A stretch of 64,000 nt of DNA. Source: Desulfatiglandales bacterium (GTDB lineage Bacteria > Desulfobacterota > DSM-4660 > Desulfatiglandales > Desulfatiglandaceae). The DNA is taken from the NCBI GenBank assembly GCA_963662465.1, contig OY759599.1, positions 5,856,001 to 5,920,000 of the forward strand, written 5' to 3'. The translations under genes and the position numbers were made by a program. The stretch's first letter is position 1, and every line of letters begins with the position of its first letter. Of the stretch, positions 48,572 to 58,795 are shown piece after piece. Below the pieces are notes generated by a model that had not been told where the DNA came from, did no database searches, and was given only the letters and a program-made list of their open reading frames with translations.

Positions 48572-49915
48572 ATGGCCAAAGGCCGCCTGTTATTAAATGT
48601 CTTGTTGGTCTCAATGCTTGTCTGGTGTGGGATACCGGTCGCGTATGCGCTTACAGATGAGAAGGAATCCCTGTTTAAGGGAATTGATCTGGGGCCGGGC
48701 AAGTTGGATATGGGGGGAAGCCTGCGTCTTCGATATGAATATTTTGACAACTATAATATCAAAACCTACGGTAACCATAAGGCGGATACAACCCTTCTGA
48801 GCCGCCTGCGAATCAATCTGGGGTACAGGCTTTTGCAGCGGGCAAAGATCTTTATTCAGTTGCAGGATGCTCAGTTTTTTTTCTCAAATCTCGGCATCGA
48901 CGATTTTGGGGCAAGTTGCCCCTATGAAAACCGATTGGATTTGCGGCAGGCCTTTGGAGAAATGAGGAAAATAGCCAACACGCCCCTGGGTTTCAAAATC
49001 GGCAGACAGGTAATAAAATACGGCGACTACCGGATTTTCGGGCCTGGCGACTGGGGAAATGTGGGACGCTATACCTGGGATGCCGGCAAAATTTTATTTG
49101 AGATCCCATCGGTGCGCGTTGATGTTTTTGCCGCCAACAGGGTGCTTTACTTGAAAAACAGTTTTGATGACGAACATTTCCCTTACCATGTGTATGCGGC
49201 TTACGGACGCATCGAATCGATTCCCCGCAACAAGCTGGATCTTTTCTACGTTATTAAGCAAAATTCGGACCGCATTCTCCGGGGCAACGCCGGCGTTGGC
49301 AGCTTGCTGGTACAGACCGTCGGGTTTTACGGTAAGGGGGGGTGGAAACAGTTTGACTATGCAGGCACCTTTGCCTACCAGTTCGGCAATTACAGCCAGA
49401 AAAATATCGGCGCCCTGGGTTTCAATGCGGAGGCGGGATATACGGCGTTTGAAAAATGGAAACCTCGATTGGCCATTTCCCTGAGCTATGCTTCCGGCGA
49501 CGACAACCCTTCCGATAAGACCTATGGCACATTTGACGGGGTTTTCGGAGCGGTTGACAAGTATTACGGTCGTATGAACCTCTTCGCCTGGATGAATTTG
49601 GTGGACATGCAGGTTGGCGTAAGCATCAAACCTTTAAAATTAATGAAGTTTTCCCTTGATTTCCATCGTTTCAAGCTTGCCAGCGCCAAGGACGCCTGGT
49701 ACTACAGCACGGGAACAAAGATGCGCTGGGATCCTACGGGAGCATCGGGCAGGGATCTGGGAGACGAGATTGATCTCATCTGGAAATATGATGTGTGTCG
49801 ACATGTTGCCCTCATGGCCGGATGCTGCGCGTTCTTTCCAGGCGACTTCATACAGACAACCGGTCCGGCTGAAAATGCCTACTGGGCCTTCGGGCAAGTG
49901 GAATTTAAAATCTGA
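48572..49915 (+). CDS. Alginate export (AlgE-like) outer-membrane beta-barrel
   Basis: Signal peptide, GGSLRLRYEY, LDLRQA, KIGRQ, YASGDD, LGDEIDL. Confidence 0.8.
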   Translation: MAKGRLLLNVLLVSMLVWCGIPVAYALTDEKESLFKGIDLGPGKLDMGGSLRLRYEYFDNYNIKTYGNHKADTTLLSRLRINLGYRLLQRAKIFIQLQDAQFFFSNLGIDDFGASCPYENRLDLRQAFGEMRKIANTPLGFKIGRQVIKYGDYRIFGPGDWGNVGRYTWDAGKILFEIPSVRVDVFAANRVLYLKNSFDDEHFPYHVYAAYGRIESIPRNKLDLFYVIKQNSDRILRGNAGVGSLLVQTVGFYGKGGWKQFDYAGTFAYQFGNYSQKNIGALGFNAEAGYTAFEKWKPRLAISLSYASGDDNPSDKTYGTFDGVFGAVDKYYGRMNLFAWMNLVDMQVGVSIKPLKLMKFSLDFHRFKLASAKDAWYYSTGTKMRWDPTGASGRDLGDEIDLIWKYDVCRHVALMAGCCAFFPGDFIQTTGPAENAYWAFGQVEFKI

Positions 49916-49981
49916 ACCTTACCTGAACAGACATTTTGGGTGGGGATGAAGTCAGAATGGATTTATTAAAGGAGATCAAAA

Positions 49982-51040
49982 ATGCTGATAAAGAATCGAC
50001 AAAGAAAAATAGGTTCCCCTGTTTTTTCTGGATTTTGGATGAAAACGGCGTCAACCCTGTTTTTGATGGTTTGCCTGATGGCCATTTTTTTTGATGAATG
50101 TATGGGTCAAGAAGAACCTTCCATCGGTATGGCCGTGGAGTTTGTGGACCATGCGGCCAGCGCTCATATTGCAAATCGCAAAGGCTGGTTTGAAAGCGAA
50201 GGGCTAAGGGTATCCTCCTTTGACAGCTACGTCACCGGTATGGCGCTGGCCGCGGCCCTCAGCAGGGGCGACATCCAGGTGGCCTATATCTGCCTGATAC
50301 CAGCCATAAGCGCCTATGCCAATGGAAAGGTGCCCATAAAAATTATTGCCGGAACACATAAATATGGCTACGGATTGCTTGTTGACCCTAAAAAGGTGAA
50401 AACCGTCACTGATTTAGAAAAGCCGGATATTCGCATTGGATGTTCCAGGGAAGGAAGCCCCGTGGATGTGTTGCTGCATAAAACGATAGATCAATATCAT
50501 CTTGATAAAAGCAAAATATTACCAAAAATCAGAAGGATGTCGCCTCCCAAAGTACTCTTGGCCCTCAAAATGGGACAATTGGACGCTGGTTTTTGCTGTG
50601 AGCAATTTCCATCAATGGGCGAAGCCTCAGGGTTCAAGGTCCTCCTCTCTGCAAAGGATCTCTGGCCTCATATGCAGGGAAGCGTTTTGGCCGTGAAAGA
50701 AGATCTGATACGGGACCATCCGGAAACGGTAAAAAAAATAGTCAACATAACCAAGCGCGGCGTCCAATATATCCATGAAAATCCAAAGGACGCATCGATA
50801 ATTACCGCCGGCGCCCTATCGGTTGTCGGAAAGAGAATGCTGCCCCTTAAAATAGAAAAAAACGCCGGCGATTGGGAAATTTCCCCTCAGGTGATATTAA
50901 AGTCGTTAACCACCCGGATGGAATGCACCACCGACATCGATCCTCGCCAGGTCCAGGAAACGATCGATTATATGGCAAAATTAGGATACATAAAAGGGTT
51001 CAGGGCCGAGGACATTCTTGATTTGAGATTTCTCAGATGA
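49982..51040 (+). CDS. ABC substrate-binding protein (SsuA/NMT1-like)
   Basis: GWFESEGL, AALSRGDIQVAY, GQLDAG; start uncertain. Confidence 0.8.
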   Translation: MLIKNRQRKIGSPVFSGFWMKTASTLFLMVCLMAIFFDECMGQEEPSIGMAVEFVDHAASAHIANRKGWFESEGLRVSSFDSYVTGMALAAALSRGDIQVAYICLIPAISAYANGKVPIKIIAGTHKYGYGLLVDPKKVKTVTDLEKPDIRIGCSREGSPVDVLLHKTIDQYHLDKSKILPKIRRMSPPKVLLALKMGQLDAGFCCEQFPSMGEASGFKVLLSAKDLWPHMQGSVLAVKEDLIRDHPETVKKIVNITKRGVQYIHENPKDASIITAGALSVVGKRMLPLKIEKNAGDWEISPQVILKSLTTRMECTTDIDPRQVQETIDYMAKLGYIKGFRAEDILDLRFLR

Positions 51041-51798
51041 ATCAGCCGAAAAAAAACAGATACTGGTGGGGAATCCTGCCCATCGCCGTATTTCTGGTTG
51101 CCTGGGAAATAGCGGCCCGGTTAAATCTGAGTTCCGGGCGCCTGTTTCTGCCCCCTTTTTCCGCGGTGATGCGGGAATTTTATTGTCTGATCGCCGACGG
51201 AGTGCTGGTTGATAACTTCCTCAGCAGTTTGGTTCGGGTCCTGATCGGCTTTTGCGCCGGTTCCATTGCCGGACTGGCCATCGGGATCTTGATGGGGTGG
51301 AAGGAAGTCATGAACAGGACCTTCAGCCCCATCATGAGTCTGGTCTATCCCATCCCCGCTCTGGGATGGCTTCCGCTCTTGATGCTTTGGATCGGAATAA
51401 ACGAGATGCTGCCGATTGCCATTATCTTTATCTGTTCTTTCTTCCCGGTGCTTTACAACACGATTACAGGCATCAGAGAGGTCAGCAAGGAACTGATCAA
51501 TACGGCAAGGACTCTGGGGGCATCCGAGCGTTGCATATTGCTTCGGGTGGTTTTGCCGTTGGCCCTGCCCAATATTTTTACCGGCCTGCAACTTGAGGCC
51601 GGGATGGCCTGGCGGGTGGTCGTTGCCGCCGAGATGGTGGCGATCCCCACGGGAATCGGCGCGCTGATGATGCGGGCGGAGAGTCTGGTTCGGGTTGACA
51701 TTATCATCGTGTGTTTGATTGTCCTTTCGTTTATGTGCCTTCTCTTTGAGAGATCGCTTGCGTATTTGTGTCAAAGACTCACATCCAAATGGAAATGA
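51037..51798 (+). CDS. ABC permease (SsuC/TauC-like)
   Basis: SSLVRV, PIPALGWLP, EAA loop ARTLGA, VVAAEM. Confidence 0.9.
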   Translation: MNQPKKNRYWWGILPIAVFLVAWEIAARLNLSSGRLFLPPFSAVMREFYCLIADGVLVDNFLSSLVRVLIGFCAGSIAGLAIGILMGWKEVMNRTFSPIMSLVYPIPALGWLPLLMLWIGINEMLPIAIIFICSFFPVLYNTITGIREVSKELINTARTLGASERCILLRVVLPLALPNIFTGLQLEAGMAWRVVVAAEMVAIPTGIGALMMRAESLVRVDIIIVCLIVLSFMCLLFERSLAYLCQRLTSKWK

Positions 51799-51799
51799 A

Positions 51800-52870
51800 A
51801 TGCCCTCTGTTGAACTCAAAAATATCTGTAATCATGTATGCCGAAATATCACGTTGTCCATACGCCATGGTGAATTGTTGGCGCTGATGGGTCCGACCGG
51901 CGCGGGGAAAACCACGTTGCTCAATGTTATTGCCGGGTTGGTTCCTTATGAAGGAACGGTGTTGTTTGATGGTGTCCCCGTGGATAGCTTTTCACCCGGC
52001 AATAGGCGGGTGGGATACCTGTTTCAAAATTTTTGCCTTTTCCCTCACATGAATGTCCATGAGAACGTGGCGTTCGGATTGCAGGTGAAAGGGTTGAAAA
52101 AAACGGATATTGACCGAAGAGTGAGCGAAGTGCTGTGCTTGTTCCGGATAGAACATTTATCCGAAAGATATCCCAATAAAGGTCTCAGCGGGGGTGAAAA
52201 GCAACGGGTCGCCCTGGCGCGTGCAGTTGCCCCCTGGCCGACGATTCTCTTACTCGATGAGCCGTTTAACAGCCTTGATGCGCGTACCGCAAAATACCTG
52301 AGGATGGAATTGCGAAAGCTTCAGCGCAGCCTTAAAATCACAACGCTTTATGTTACCCACAACCAGCGAGAGGCCTCCGAGATAGGAGATAGAATCGCCA
52401 TTATACACGAAGGGAGACTGGAACAAACAGGCATTTATTCGGAGGTCTTTTTCGAGCCGAAAAACCGGAAAGTGTCCGATCTCTTAGGTTCGCCTAATCT
52501 CTTTTATTGCAGAGGGTTCTTTCCGTTAATCTCAGGTCTGGCAAAGGTTGAACTCAAGGGCGTTTCCCTTGTGGCGCCTTACGATGGACGTCCTGTGGGG
52601 ATGATCGCCATTTCGCCGGGGGACATCTATATTTCACGGGAAGAACCTCCCGGGCCTCAAATAAACCGTATCAGGGGGGAAATTCTTGAAATAGCGCGCC
52701 GCTTACCCGTGATCAAGGTGGTGGTGGGTTGTGGAGACGAGCGGATAATTGTGGAGGTAGAGGCGGAAATATGGAATGAAACAGGGCTTCGGAAAGGGGA
52801 TAGCGCCTTCCTGATATTGCCTCTCAGGTGGATAAAAGTGAAATATGATGATGGCCCAACGTCATTATGA
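51800..52870 (+). CDS. ABC ATPase with C-terminal TOBE-like domain (ModC/WtpC/PotA-like)
   Basis: GPTGAGKT, LFPHMNV, LSGGEKQRVALAR, YVTHN. Confidence 0.88.
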   Translation: MPSVELKNICNHVCRNITLSIRHGELLALMGPTGAGKTTLLNVIAGLVPYEGTVLFDGVPVDSFSPGNRRVGYLFQNFCLFPHMNVHENVAFGLQVKGLKKTDIDRRVSEVLCLFRIEHLSERYPNKGLSGGEKQRVALARAVAPWPTILLLDEPFNSLDARTAKYLRMELRKLQRSLKITTLYVTHNQREASEIGDRIAIIHEGRLEQTGIYSEVFFEPKNRKVSDLLGSPNLFYCRGFFPLISGLAKVELKGVSLVAPYDGRPVGMIAISPGDIYISREEPPGPQINRIRGEILEIARRLPVIKVVVGCGDERIIVEVEAEIWNETGLRKGDSAFLILPLRWIKVKYDDGPTSL

Positions 52871-52972
52871 TGGTCGGGGGCATGATTTTTGTTTTTCCCG
52901 AAGACAGCGGCCCCGTTACCGGTTCAGAAGATTCACTTGATTATCCCTGGAATATCAGTTACAAAAATACTT

Positions 52973-53707
52973 ATGCAAAAATCCGCCGACAACCCAATTC
53001 AAAAGATTCCGATCCCCGCTAACGGAAAAGTGTGTCTGGCTTGCGGAAAGGCCGGCATCGGGAATGGCAGACGCTACTGTTCAAAAGCCTGCCGCAGCTA
53101 CATCGAGTGGGTCCTTTCTTTGTCCAAAGGCTTGCTGAGGGCGCTTAATACGCGCTATGCCGCGTTTTCCTTCACCAGCGACCAGGTTATTCTGGACGTA
53201 TTTCCCATCTGGTCCGAGCATATTTCCAGGTTTATGGGCCCTCGAACCCGGGGGAGGAAACCTGCCGAGGATTTGAAACGATTGGTGCTTGAGTTTGGAA
53301 CAGAATGGCACGAGATGGTAAAAAACAATCGAAGTATGAGTTATGCATCCCTTCATCTGGTCAACCGGAACCACGAGAAGTCCATCGCGCCCGATCAGAT
53401 CAAGCCGGACCAAAATTCCCGTCCGAGGCTTTCCAAACATGAAACGGGATGCTTAAGAATCCTGAAACTGAAACGAAATGACTTATCCCGCGATGGGTCA
53501 AAATCAGAGATCAAAACCGCTTACAAAAGGATGGCAAAGGTTTACCACCCCGATGTTGGGGGTGATGAAGATAAGTTTAAAAAATTAAACGATGCCCATG
53601 AGCAGATGCTTTTGTGGGCTGAAAACCCCCAGTATACGACCCGAAAAGCGCTTCAAGACTGTTGGTCCTACGATGGTTTTACCAGCCGGTGGTCCCCGCC
53701 GCTCTGA
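52973..53707 (+). CDS. Zn-finger plus J-domain protein
   Basis: CLACG..YCSKAC; IKTAYKRMAKVYHPDVGGD. Confidence 0.82.
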   Translation: MQKSADNPIQKIPIPANGKVCLACGKAGIGNGRRYCSKACRSYIEWVLSLSKGLLRALNTRYAAFSFTSDQVILDVFPIWSEHISRFMGPRTRGRKPAEDLKRLVLEFGTEWHEMVKNNRSMSYASLHLVNRNHEKSIAPDQIKPDQNSRPRLSKHETGCLRILKLKRNDLSRDGSKSEIKTAYKRMAKVYHPDVGGDEDKFKKLNDAHEQMLLWAENPQYTTRKALQDCWSYDGFTSRWSPPL

Positions 53708-55188
53708 TCTGTTTTCCCTTCCGCCAAAAGGCGGGAGATGCCCGAAAAAAGTTGATCCATATTCAGCGGTTTTGTTGTCGTCAGGTCTACCCTTTGGTTT
53801 CTTGAAAATTTCGAATAATCGGTAGTTGAAACATTGAATACGACGATTGGCATATCCGGGTTGATGTCGCTTGCCTTTTTGATGAGCCATGCGGTGTTTC
53901 GAGGGCTTTTGCCTTGATCCAGCAACAACAAATCAAATGAGGCGCTCTTCAGCGTTTTTAAACTTTCACCATAACCGTCAATGTGGGTAATGTTAAAACG
54001 TTTGCTCTTCAGAAAACGGCAAAGCAAATTCATCAAGAGGCTTTGATTTCCAACGAGCAGAACGTGTGCCTCTTTGATGGCCTTCTTATTGACCGAATCG
54101 TTTATTTCAAATGCCTGGTGATCCAGCGGGAGTGTGACATGAACAGTCGTTCCCCCCGCTTCATGGCGGAATATCTTTATTTTTCCCCCATGCCGATCCA
54201 TGACGGCACGCGTCAGGCTCAGTCCCAGGCCCCGGCGCCCATTTTCCTTGGTGGTAAAAAATGGGTCGAAAATTTTACTCAACACACTTTCATGAATTCC
54301 GGTGCCATTTTCCTGCACATAAACGTTGATGGCGCCGGCGTATTCCTCAGTTGTCAGGTAGATCTCTCCTTTGCCCCCCAGGGCCTCCATCGCATTGGCA
54401 AGCAGATTTATAAACGCATTCTGTAAATCTTTTTTACATCCGTGGATGGGGGATAGCCTATTGAGAGCGGTTTTAAAGCGGACCTTATCCGAAGGGTCAT
54501 TACCCTGCAATGGGTTTATTCCCTTTGCTGAACAGTATCGGAGAATGGATGTTTCGATAATCTCATTCAGGTTCAGGAGGGAAATCTCGGATGGATGATA
54601 CGACTCTTTAGCGAAGTCGTTCAAGCATGAGGAAAGGGGGTTCCCTGGTTTGGCGGCGATTTCCGTTTCCCGTACAAAGGCTGCGGCCATTCTTTGAAGC
54701 GCTTTAACCTTTTGCGCTTCTAAAATTTCTGTTTCCTGTTTAATCTTCCGATCTATTTCAATCATGTTTAGCAGCAATGCCTTTCGCCCCTCGTGCCTGA
54801 TTTTTTTGAGGTAAACCGCGCAATAAACCGCTCTGCCTTCACTGTTCTTGAAGCGTAACGCATCCGGCGTCTGGTTCCCCGCCTCATCCTGAATGAATTC
54901 AAGAATAGATCGAACACCTTCCGGATCGATGACATCTGAAAGGTTTTTTCCGGTAAGTTGTCCCAATCTGCACCCCAGCCACTCGCAGGCCGTTTGGTTG
55001 GCATAGAGGATCGTCTCCTGCCGTAACAGAAAGAGCCCGCCTGGAACATGGGCCACCAGGTCCCATGTTTTTTCCAGGTCTTTTTTCAACCGATCATTTT
55101 CTTTGGTTAAAATCGAGATTTTTTCTCTGAGACCGCTGTTTTCTTCTCTGAGCCGGTGACCCCAGCTCATCGTTTTTTCTGCCGCCAT
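53668..55188 (-). CDS. PAS-HATPase-REC protein with degenerate H-box
   Basis: NLLANAMEA, FDPFFTTK, GLGL present; H-box position reads AAAFVRE. Confidence 0.8.
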   Translation of the reverse strand: MAAEKTMSWGHRLREENSGLREKISILTKENDRLKKDLEKTWDLVAHVPGGLFLLRQETILYANQTACEWLGCRLGQLTGKNLSDVIDPEGVRSILEFIQDEAGNQTPDALRFKNSEGRAVYCAVYLKKIRHEGRKALLLNMIEIDRKIKQETEILEAQKVKALQRMAAAFVRETEIAAKPGNPLSSCLNDFAKESYHPSEISLLNLNEIIETSILRYCSAKGINPLQGNDPSDKVRFKTALNRLSPIHGCKKDLQNAFINLLANAMEALGGKGEIYLTTEEYAGAINVYVQENGTGIHESVLSKIFDPFFTTKENGRRGLGLSLTRAVMDRHGGKIKIFRHEAGGTTVHVTLPLDHQAFEINDSVNKKAIKEAHVLLVGNQSLLMNLLCRFLKSKRFNITHIDGYGESLKTLKSASFDLLLLDQGKSPRNTAWLIKKASDINPDMPIVVFNVSTTDYSKFSRNQRVDLTTTKPLNMDQLFSGISRLLAEGKTDQSGGDHRLVKPS

Positions 55189-55330
55189 GTCTATTCCGCT
55201 ATTGCGTCTTTGGGATTTCTTGAAACGTTCTTGATGATTTTTGGAATATACCGTATCATATTTATTCTTGATCTTACAATGGATTCGTGTTTTGCATTCG
55301 CTTTACGGCATGCCTCAAGGAGAAGAGCGC

Positions 55331-58300
55331 GTGACATCACCCTTTGTTCACCTTCATGTACACACGGAATACAGCCTGTTGGACGGCGCCATTCGGATTG
55401 ATCGGATGCTGGATAAATGCAATGCGCTGGGAATGGATTCCGTGGCCATCACCGATCATGGGAACATGTTCGGAGTGGTCCAGTTTTACGGCCAGGCGGT
55501 CAAGGCCGGCATTAAGCCCATTATCGGGTGTGAAGTCTATGTGGCGCCGGAAGATCGGAGGGATCGTTCTCCCGCCCCTAATGGCAGGTCCTATGCCTAC
55601 CATCTGGTTTTGCTGGTCATGAATGACCAGGGGTATAAGAACCTGAGTACCCTGGTGACCCTGGGTCACCTGGAAGGATTCTATTATCGCCCGCGGGTGG
55701 ATATGGCCCTTTTGAAAGAATACAATCAGGGGCTCGTCGCCCTTTCAGCCTGCCTTGCCGGGAATATTCCCTATCTCATCAATGTGGGCCAAATGGAAGC
55801 CGCCAGGGAAAAAACCATTGAAATGGCGTCCATTTTTGATCAGGATCGGTTTTTTCTCGAACTCCAGGCCAACAAGATGGTGGAACAGCGGAAGGTTAAC
55901 CGGGGGCTCAGGGAACTTTCCAGGGATCTCTCCATTCCCATGGTGGCCACCAATGACTGTCATTACCTGAACCGCGAAGATGCCGAAGCCCATGACATCC
56001 TGCTCTGCATTCAGACGGGAAAAAGTGTCGACGAGGTAAAACGGCTCAGGTTTTCTTCAGACGAATTTTACTTTAAAACCAGGGCTGAGATGGCGGAAGC
56101 CCTTCCGGAGTACACCGAAGCCCTGGACAATACGGCTCATGTCGCGGCCCTTTGTCAATATGAAATGCGGTTTGGCGAGTATAAATTTCCGGTGTTCCCG
56201 GCGAAGGGAAAGCAAAGCCTGGATGAGATGTTGATTGAGGCGGCCCGGGAGGGGCTTGTAACGCGGCTGGTCCGGAAAGCAGAGGATGAAGGTCCTATCA
56301 GCCCTGAGGTAAGACACGAGTATGAAGAACGGCTGGCATATGAACTCAAAATTATTCTGAAAATGGGCTTTGCCGGGTATTTTCTGATTGTGGCCGATTT
56401 TATCGATTATGCCCTGCATCACGACATTGCCGTGGGTCCCGGACGGGGTTCCGCCGCCGGTTCGCTGGTGGCATTCTGTTTGAATATCACCAATATTGAA
56501 CCCATCAAATACGGGCTTATCTTTGAACGGTTTCTAAATCCTTCGCGCATCAGCATGCCCGATATTGATATTGATTTCTGCATCCATGGCAGGGATCAGG
56601 TGATTCAGTATGTGGCGGACAAATACGGTCGGAACAATGTGAGTCAGATCATTACCTTCGGCACCATGAAGGCCAGGGGCGTCATTCGGGACGTGGGCAG
56701 AACCCTCAACGTGCCCTTGAGCGAAGTGGACCGAATTGCCAAGCTGGTTCCGGAGGGTCCCGGCGTTACACTGGACAGCGCGATCCGGGACGAGCCGGAA
56801 CTCAGGCGGCTTGAGCAGGGCGATGGAACATCGAGAAAACTGCTGACCATCTCCCGCGCCCTTGAAGGACTGGCCCGGCACGCATCCACCCACGCATGCG
56901 GGGTGGTCATTTCCGATCGGCCGCTTACGGAATACCTGCCCCTTTATAAAGGGAGCAAGGGTGAAATCATGGCCCAGTTTACCATGGACAAGGTGGAACA
57001 GCTGGGATTGATCAAGTTTGACTTTCTGGGGTTAAAGACCCTGACGGTCCTGAAGGAAGCCCTTCGGCTCATCGATGCCTCCACCGGTCAAAAAATCGAT
57101 CTGGATCGAATTTCCCTGGAGGATAAGGCCACCTACCAGTTATGCGCGGACGGCAAAACAACCGGCGTATTTCAGTTGGAAAGTTCGGGGATCAAAGAGC
57201 TTTTGAGGAAGCTCAATCCCGAAGTTTTTGAGGACCTCATTGCCCTGGTAGCCCTCTACCGGCCGGGCCCCCTGGGTAGCAATATGGTGGATGATTTCAT
57301 CAATGGAAAGCATGGAAGGATCAAAGTTTCCTATTTCCTGCCGCAACTGAAGCCGATTTTGAAAGAAACCTATGGGGTTATCCTGTACCAGGAACAGGTC
57401 ATGAAAATCGCCCAGATTCTGGCCAAATACACCATGGCGGAAGCCGATGAGCTTAGAAAGGCGGTGGGAAAGAAAAAACCCGAGGTGATGGCGAAGCACC
57501 GGGCCCGGTTTATTGAGGGCGCCAAGGAGAATGACGTTAAGGCTGCAATTGCCGAAAAGCTGTTCGGGTTGATCGAGAAGTTTGGAGGTTATGGGTTCAA
57601 TAAATCCCATTCCGCCGCCTACGCCATGATTTCTTATCACACCGCCTACCTCAAAGCCCACTATCCGGTACAGTTTATGTGCGCCCTGTTGACTCAGGAT
57701 ATGGGCAACCAGGACAAAACCATCAAGAATATTGCCGAGTGCCGCACCATGGGCATCGAGATCCTGCCCCCCGACGTCAACCAGAGCCAGGCGGATTTTT
57801 CGGTGGTGGAAGACCGAATCCGGTTTGGACTGGCTGCGGTCAAGAACGTCGGGTTAAAAGCCGTGGAAGTGGTGATTGAGGAAAGAAACACCCATGGCCC
57901 TTTCAGCGGTCTGTTGGATTTCTGCCGGCGAATGGAAGGGAGTAAGGTCAACCGCAGGGTCATTGAAGGGTTGATTCAGTGCGGGGCATTCGATTTCACC
58001 CATGCTTTTCGTTCCAGGCTTTTTGCGGGTCTGGATGACGCCCTCAGGCTTTGCGGCGCCAAACATGATCCCAACCAGCTCAATATGTTTGGGTCCATCG
58101 ATCTGGGCGAGGGCCAGGCCGGCGGGCTTCTTGAATTGCCGGATGTGGCGGAATGGGACGAAAAAGAAAAACTCAAGCGGGAAAAGGAGGCCCTGGGGTT
58201 TTATATTACAGGACACCCCCTGGAGGGTTTTCACAAGGCCATTAAACGGTTTTCAACCTGCCTGGTCCATGACCTTCCCACGCAGAAGGATAAAGATCAG

Positions 58301-58795
58301 ATTAAGCTGGCGGGGGTGGTGGAGAGCATCAAGATCAAGCGGACCAGGAAGGGCGATAAAATGGCCATCATGCAGCTGGAAGATTTGACCGGCTCCACGG
58401 AAGTGGTTATATTTCCGGACGTTTTCAGCGCTTCGGCGGTCCTGTTAAAGGGAGATGAACCCCTGCTGGTTATGGGAACCGTTGAAATCGGCGACAATTC
58501 CGCGAAGGTGATTGCCAAGGAAATTCAATCCCTCCACGGGCTCGAACTCAAATCCGCCAGGGCCGTCATTATTTCCCTTGAAAACGGAAGATCTTCAAAA
58601 GAGATGCTGGAAGACTTAAAGAATGCGGTCTTCAAATATCCCGGAGAGTGCAAGCTCATGTTCAGGGTGGGGTCGCCTGAAGGTGAACCGGTCATGATTT
58701 CCGCCCATTTCCGGTACAGAATTTCACCATGCCCTCGGTTTTTTGAAGAGGTGGAAGATCTTTTAGGGGGGAATGTCTGGGAGGTGGTTTCTTGA
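55331..58795 (+). CDS. dnaE: DNA polymerase III alpha subunit
   Basis: FVHLHVHTEYSLLDG, GPGRGSAAGS, PDIDID, KFDFLGL, YGFNKSH; likely GTG start. Confidence 0.97.
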   Translation: MTSPFVHLHVHTEYSLLDGAIRIDRMLDKCNALGMDSVAITDHGNMFGVVQFYGQAVKAGIKPIIGCEVYVAPEDRRDRSPAPNGRSYAYHLVLLVMNDQGYKNLSTLVTLGHLEGFYYRPRVDMALLKEYNQGLVALSACLAGNIPYLINVGQMEAAREKTIEMASIFDQDRFFLELQANKMVEQRKVNRGLRELSRDLSIPMVATNDCHYLNREDAEAHDILLCIQTGKSVDEVKRLRFSSDEFYFKTRAEMAEALPEYTEALDNTAHVAALCQYEMRFGEYKFPVFPAKGKQSLDEMLIEAAREGLVTRLVRKAEDEGPISPEVRHEYEERLAYELKIILKMGFAGYFLIVADFIDYALHHDIAVGPGRGSAAGSLVAFCLNITNIEPIKYGLIFERFLNPSRISMPDIDIDFCIHGRDQVIQYVADKYGRNNVSQIITFGTMKARGVIRDVGRTLNVPLSEVDRIAKLVPEGPGVTLDSAIRDEPELRRLEQGDGTSRKLLTISRALEGLARHASTHACGVVISDRPLTEYLPLYKGSKGEIMAQFTMDKVEQLGLIKFDFLGLKTLTVLKEALRLIDASTGQKIDLDRISLEDKATYQLCADGKTTGVFQLESSGIKELLRKLNPEVFEDLIALVALYRPGPLGSNMVDDFINGKHGRIKVSYFLPQLKPILKETYGVILYQEQVMKIAQILAKYTMAEADELRKAVGKKKPEVMAKHRARFIEGAKENDVKAAIAEKLFGLIEKFGGYGFNKSHSAAYAMISYHTAYLKAHYPVQFMCALLTQDMGNQDKTIKNIAECRTMGIEILPPDVNQSQADFSVVEDRIRFGLAAVKNVGLKAVEVVIEERNTHGPFSGLLDFCRRMEGSKVNRRVIEGLIQCGAFDFTHAFRSRLFAGLDDALRLCGAKHDPNQLNMFGSIDLGEGQAGGLLELPDVAEWDEKEKLKREKEALGFYITGHPLEGFHKAIKRFSTCLVHDLPTQKDKDQIKLAGVVESIKIKRTRKGDKMAIMQLEDLTGSTEVVIFPDVFSASAVLLKGDEPLLVMGTVEIGDNSAKVIAKEIQSLHGLELKSARAVIISLENGRSSKEMLEDLKNAVFKYPGECKLMFRVGSPEGEPVMISAHFRYRISPCPRFFEEVEDLLGGNVWEVVS

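Noticed and set aside
55331..58795. Intein or split in dnaE
   Set aside because: Normal length, continuous motifs
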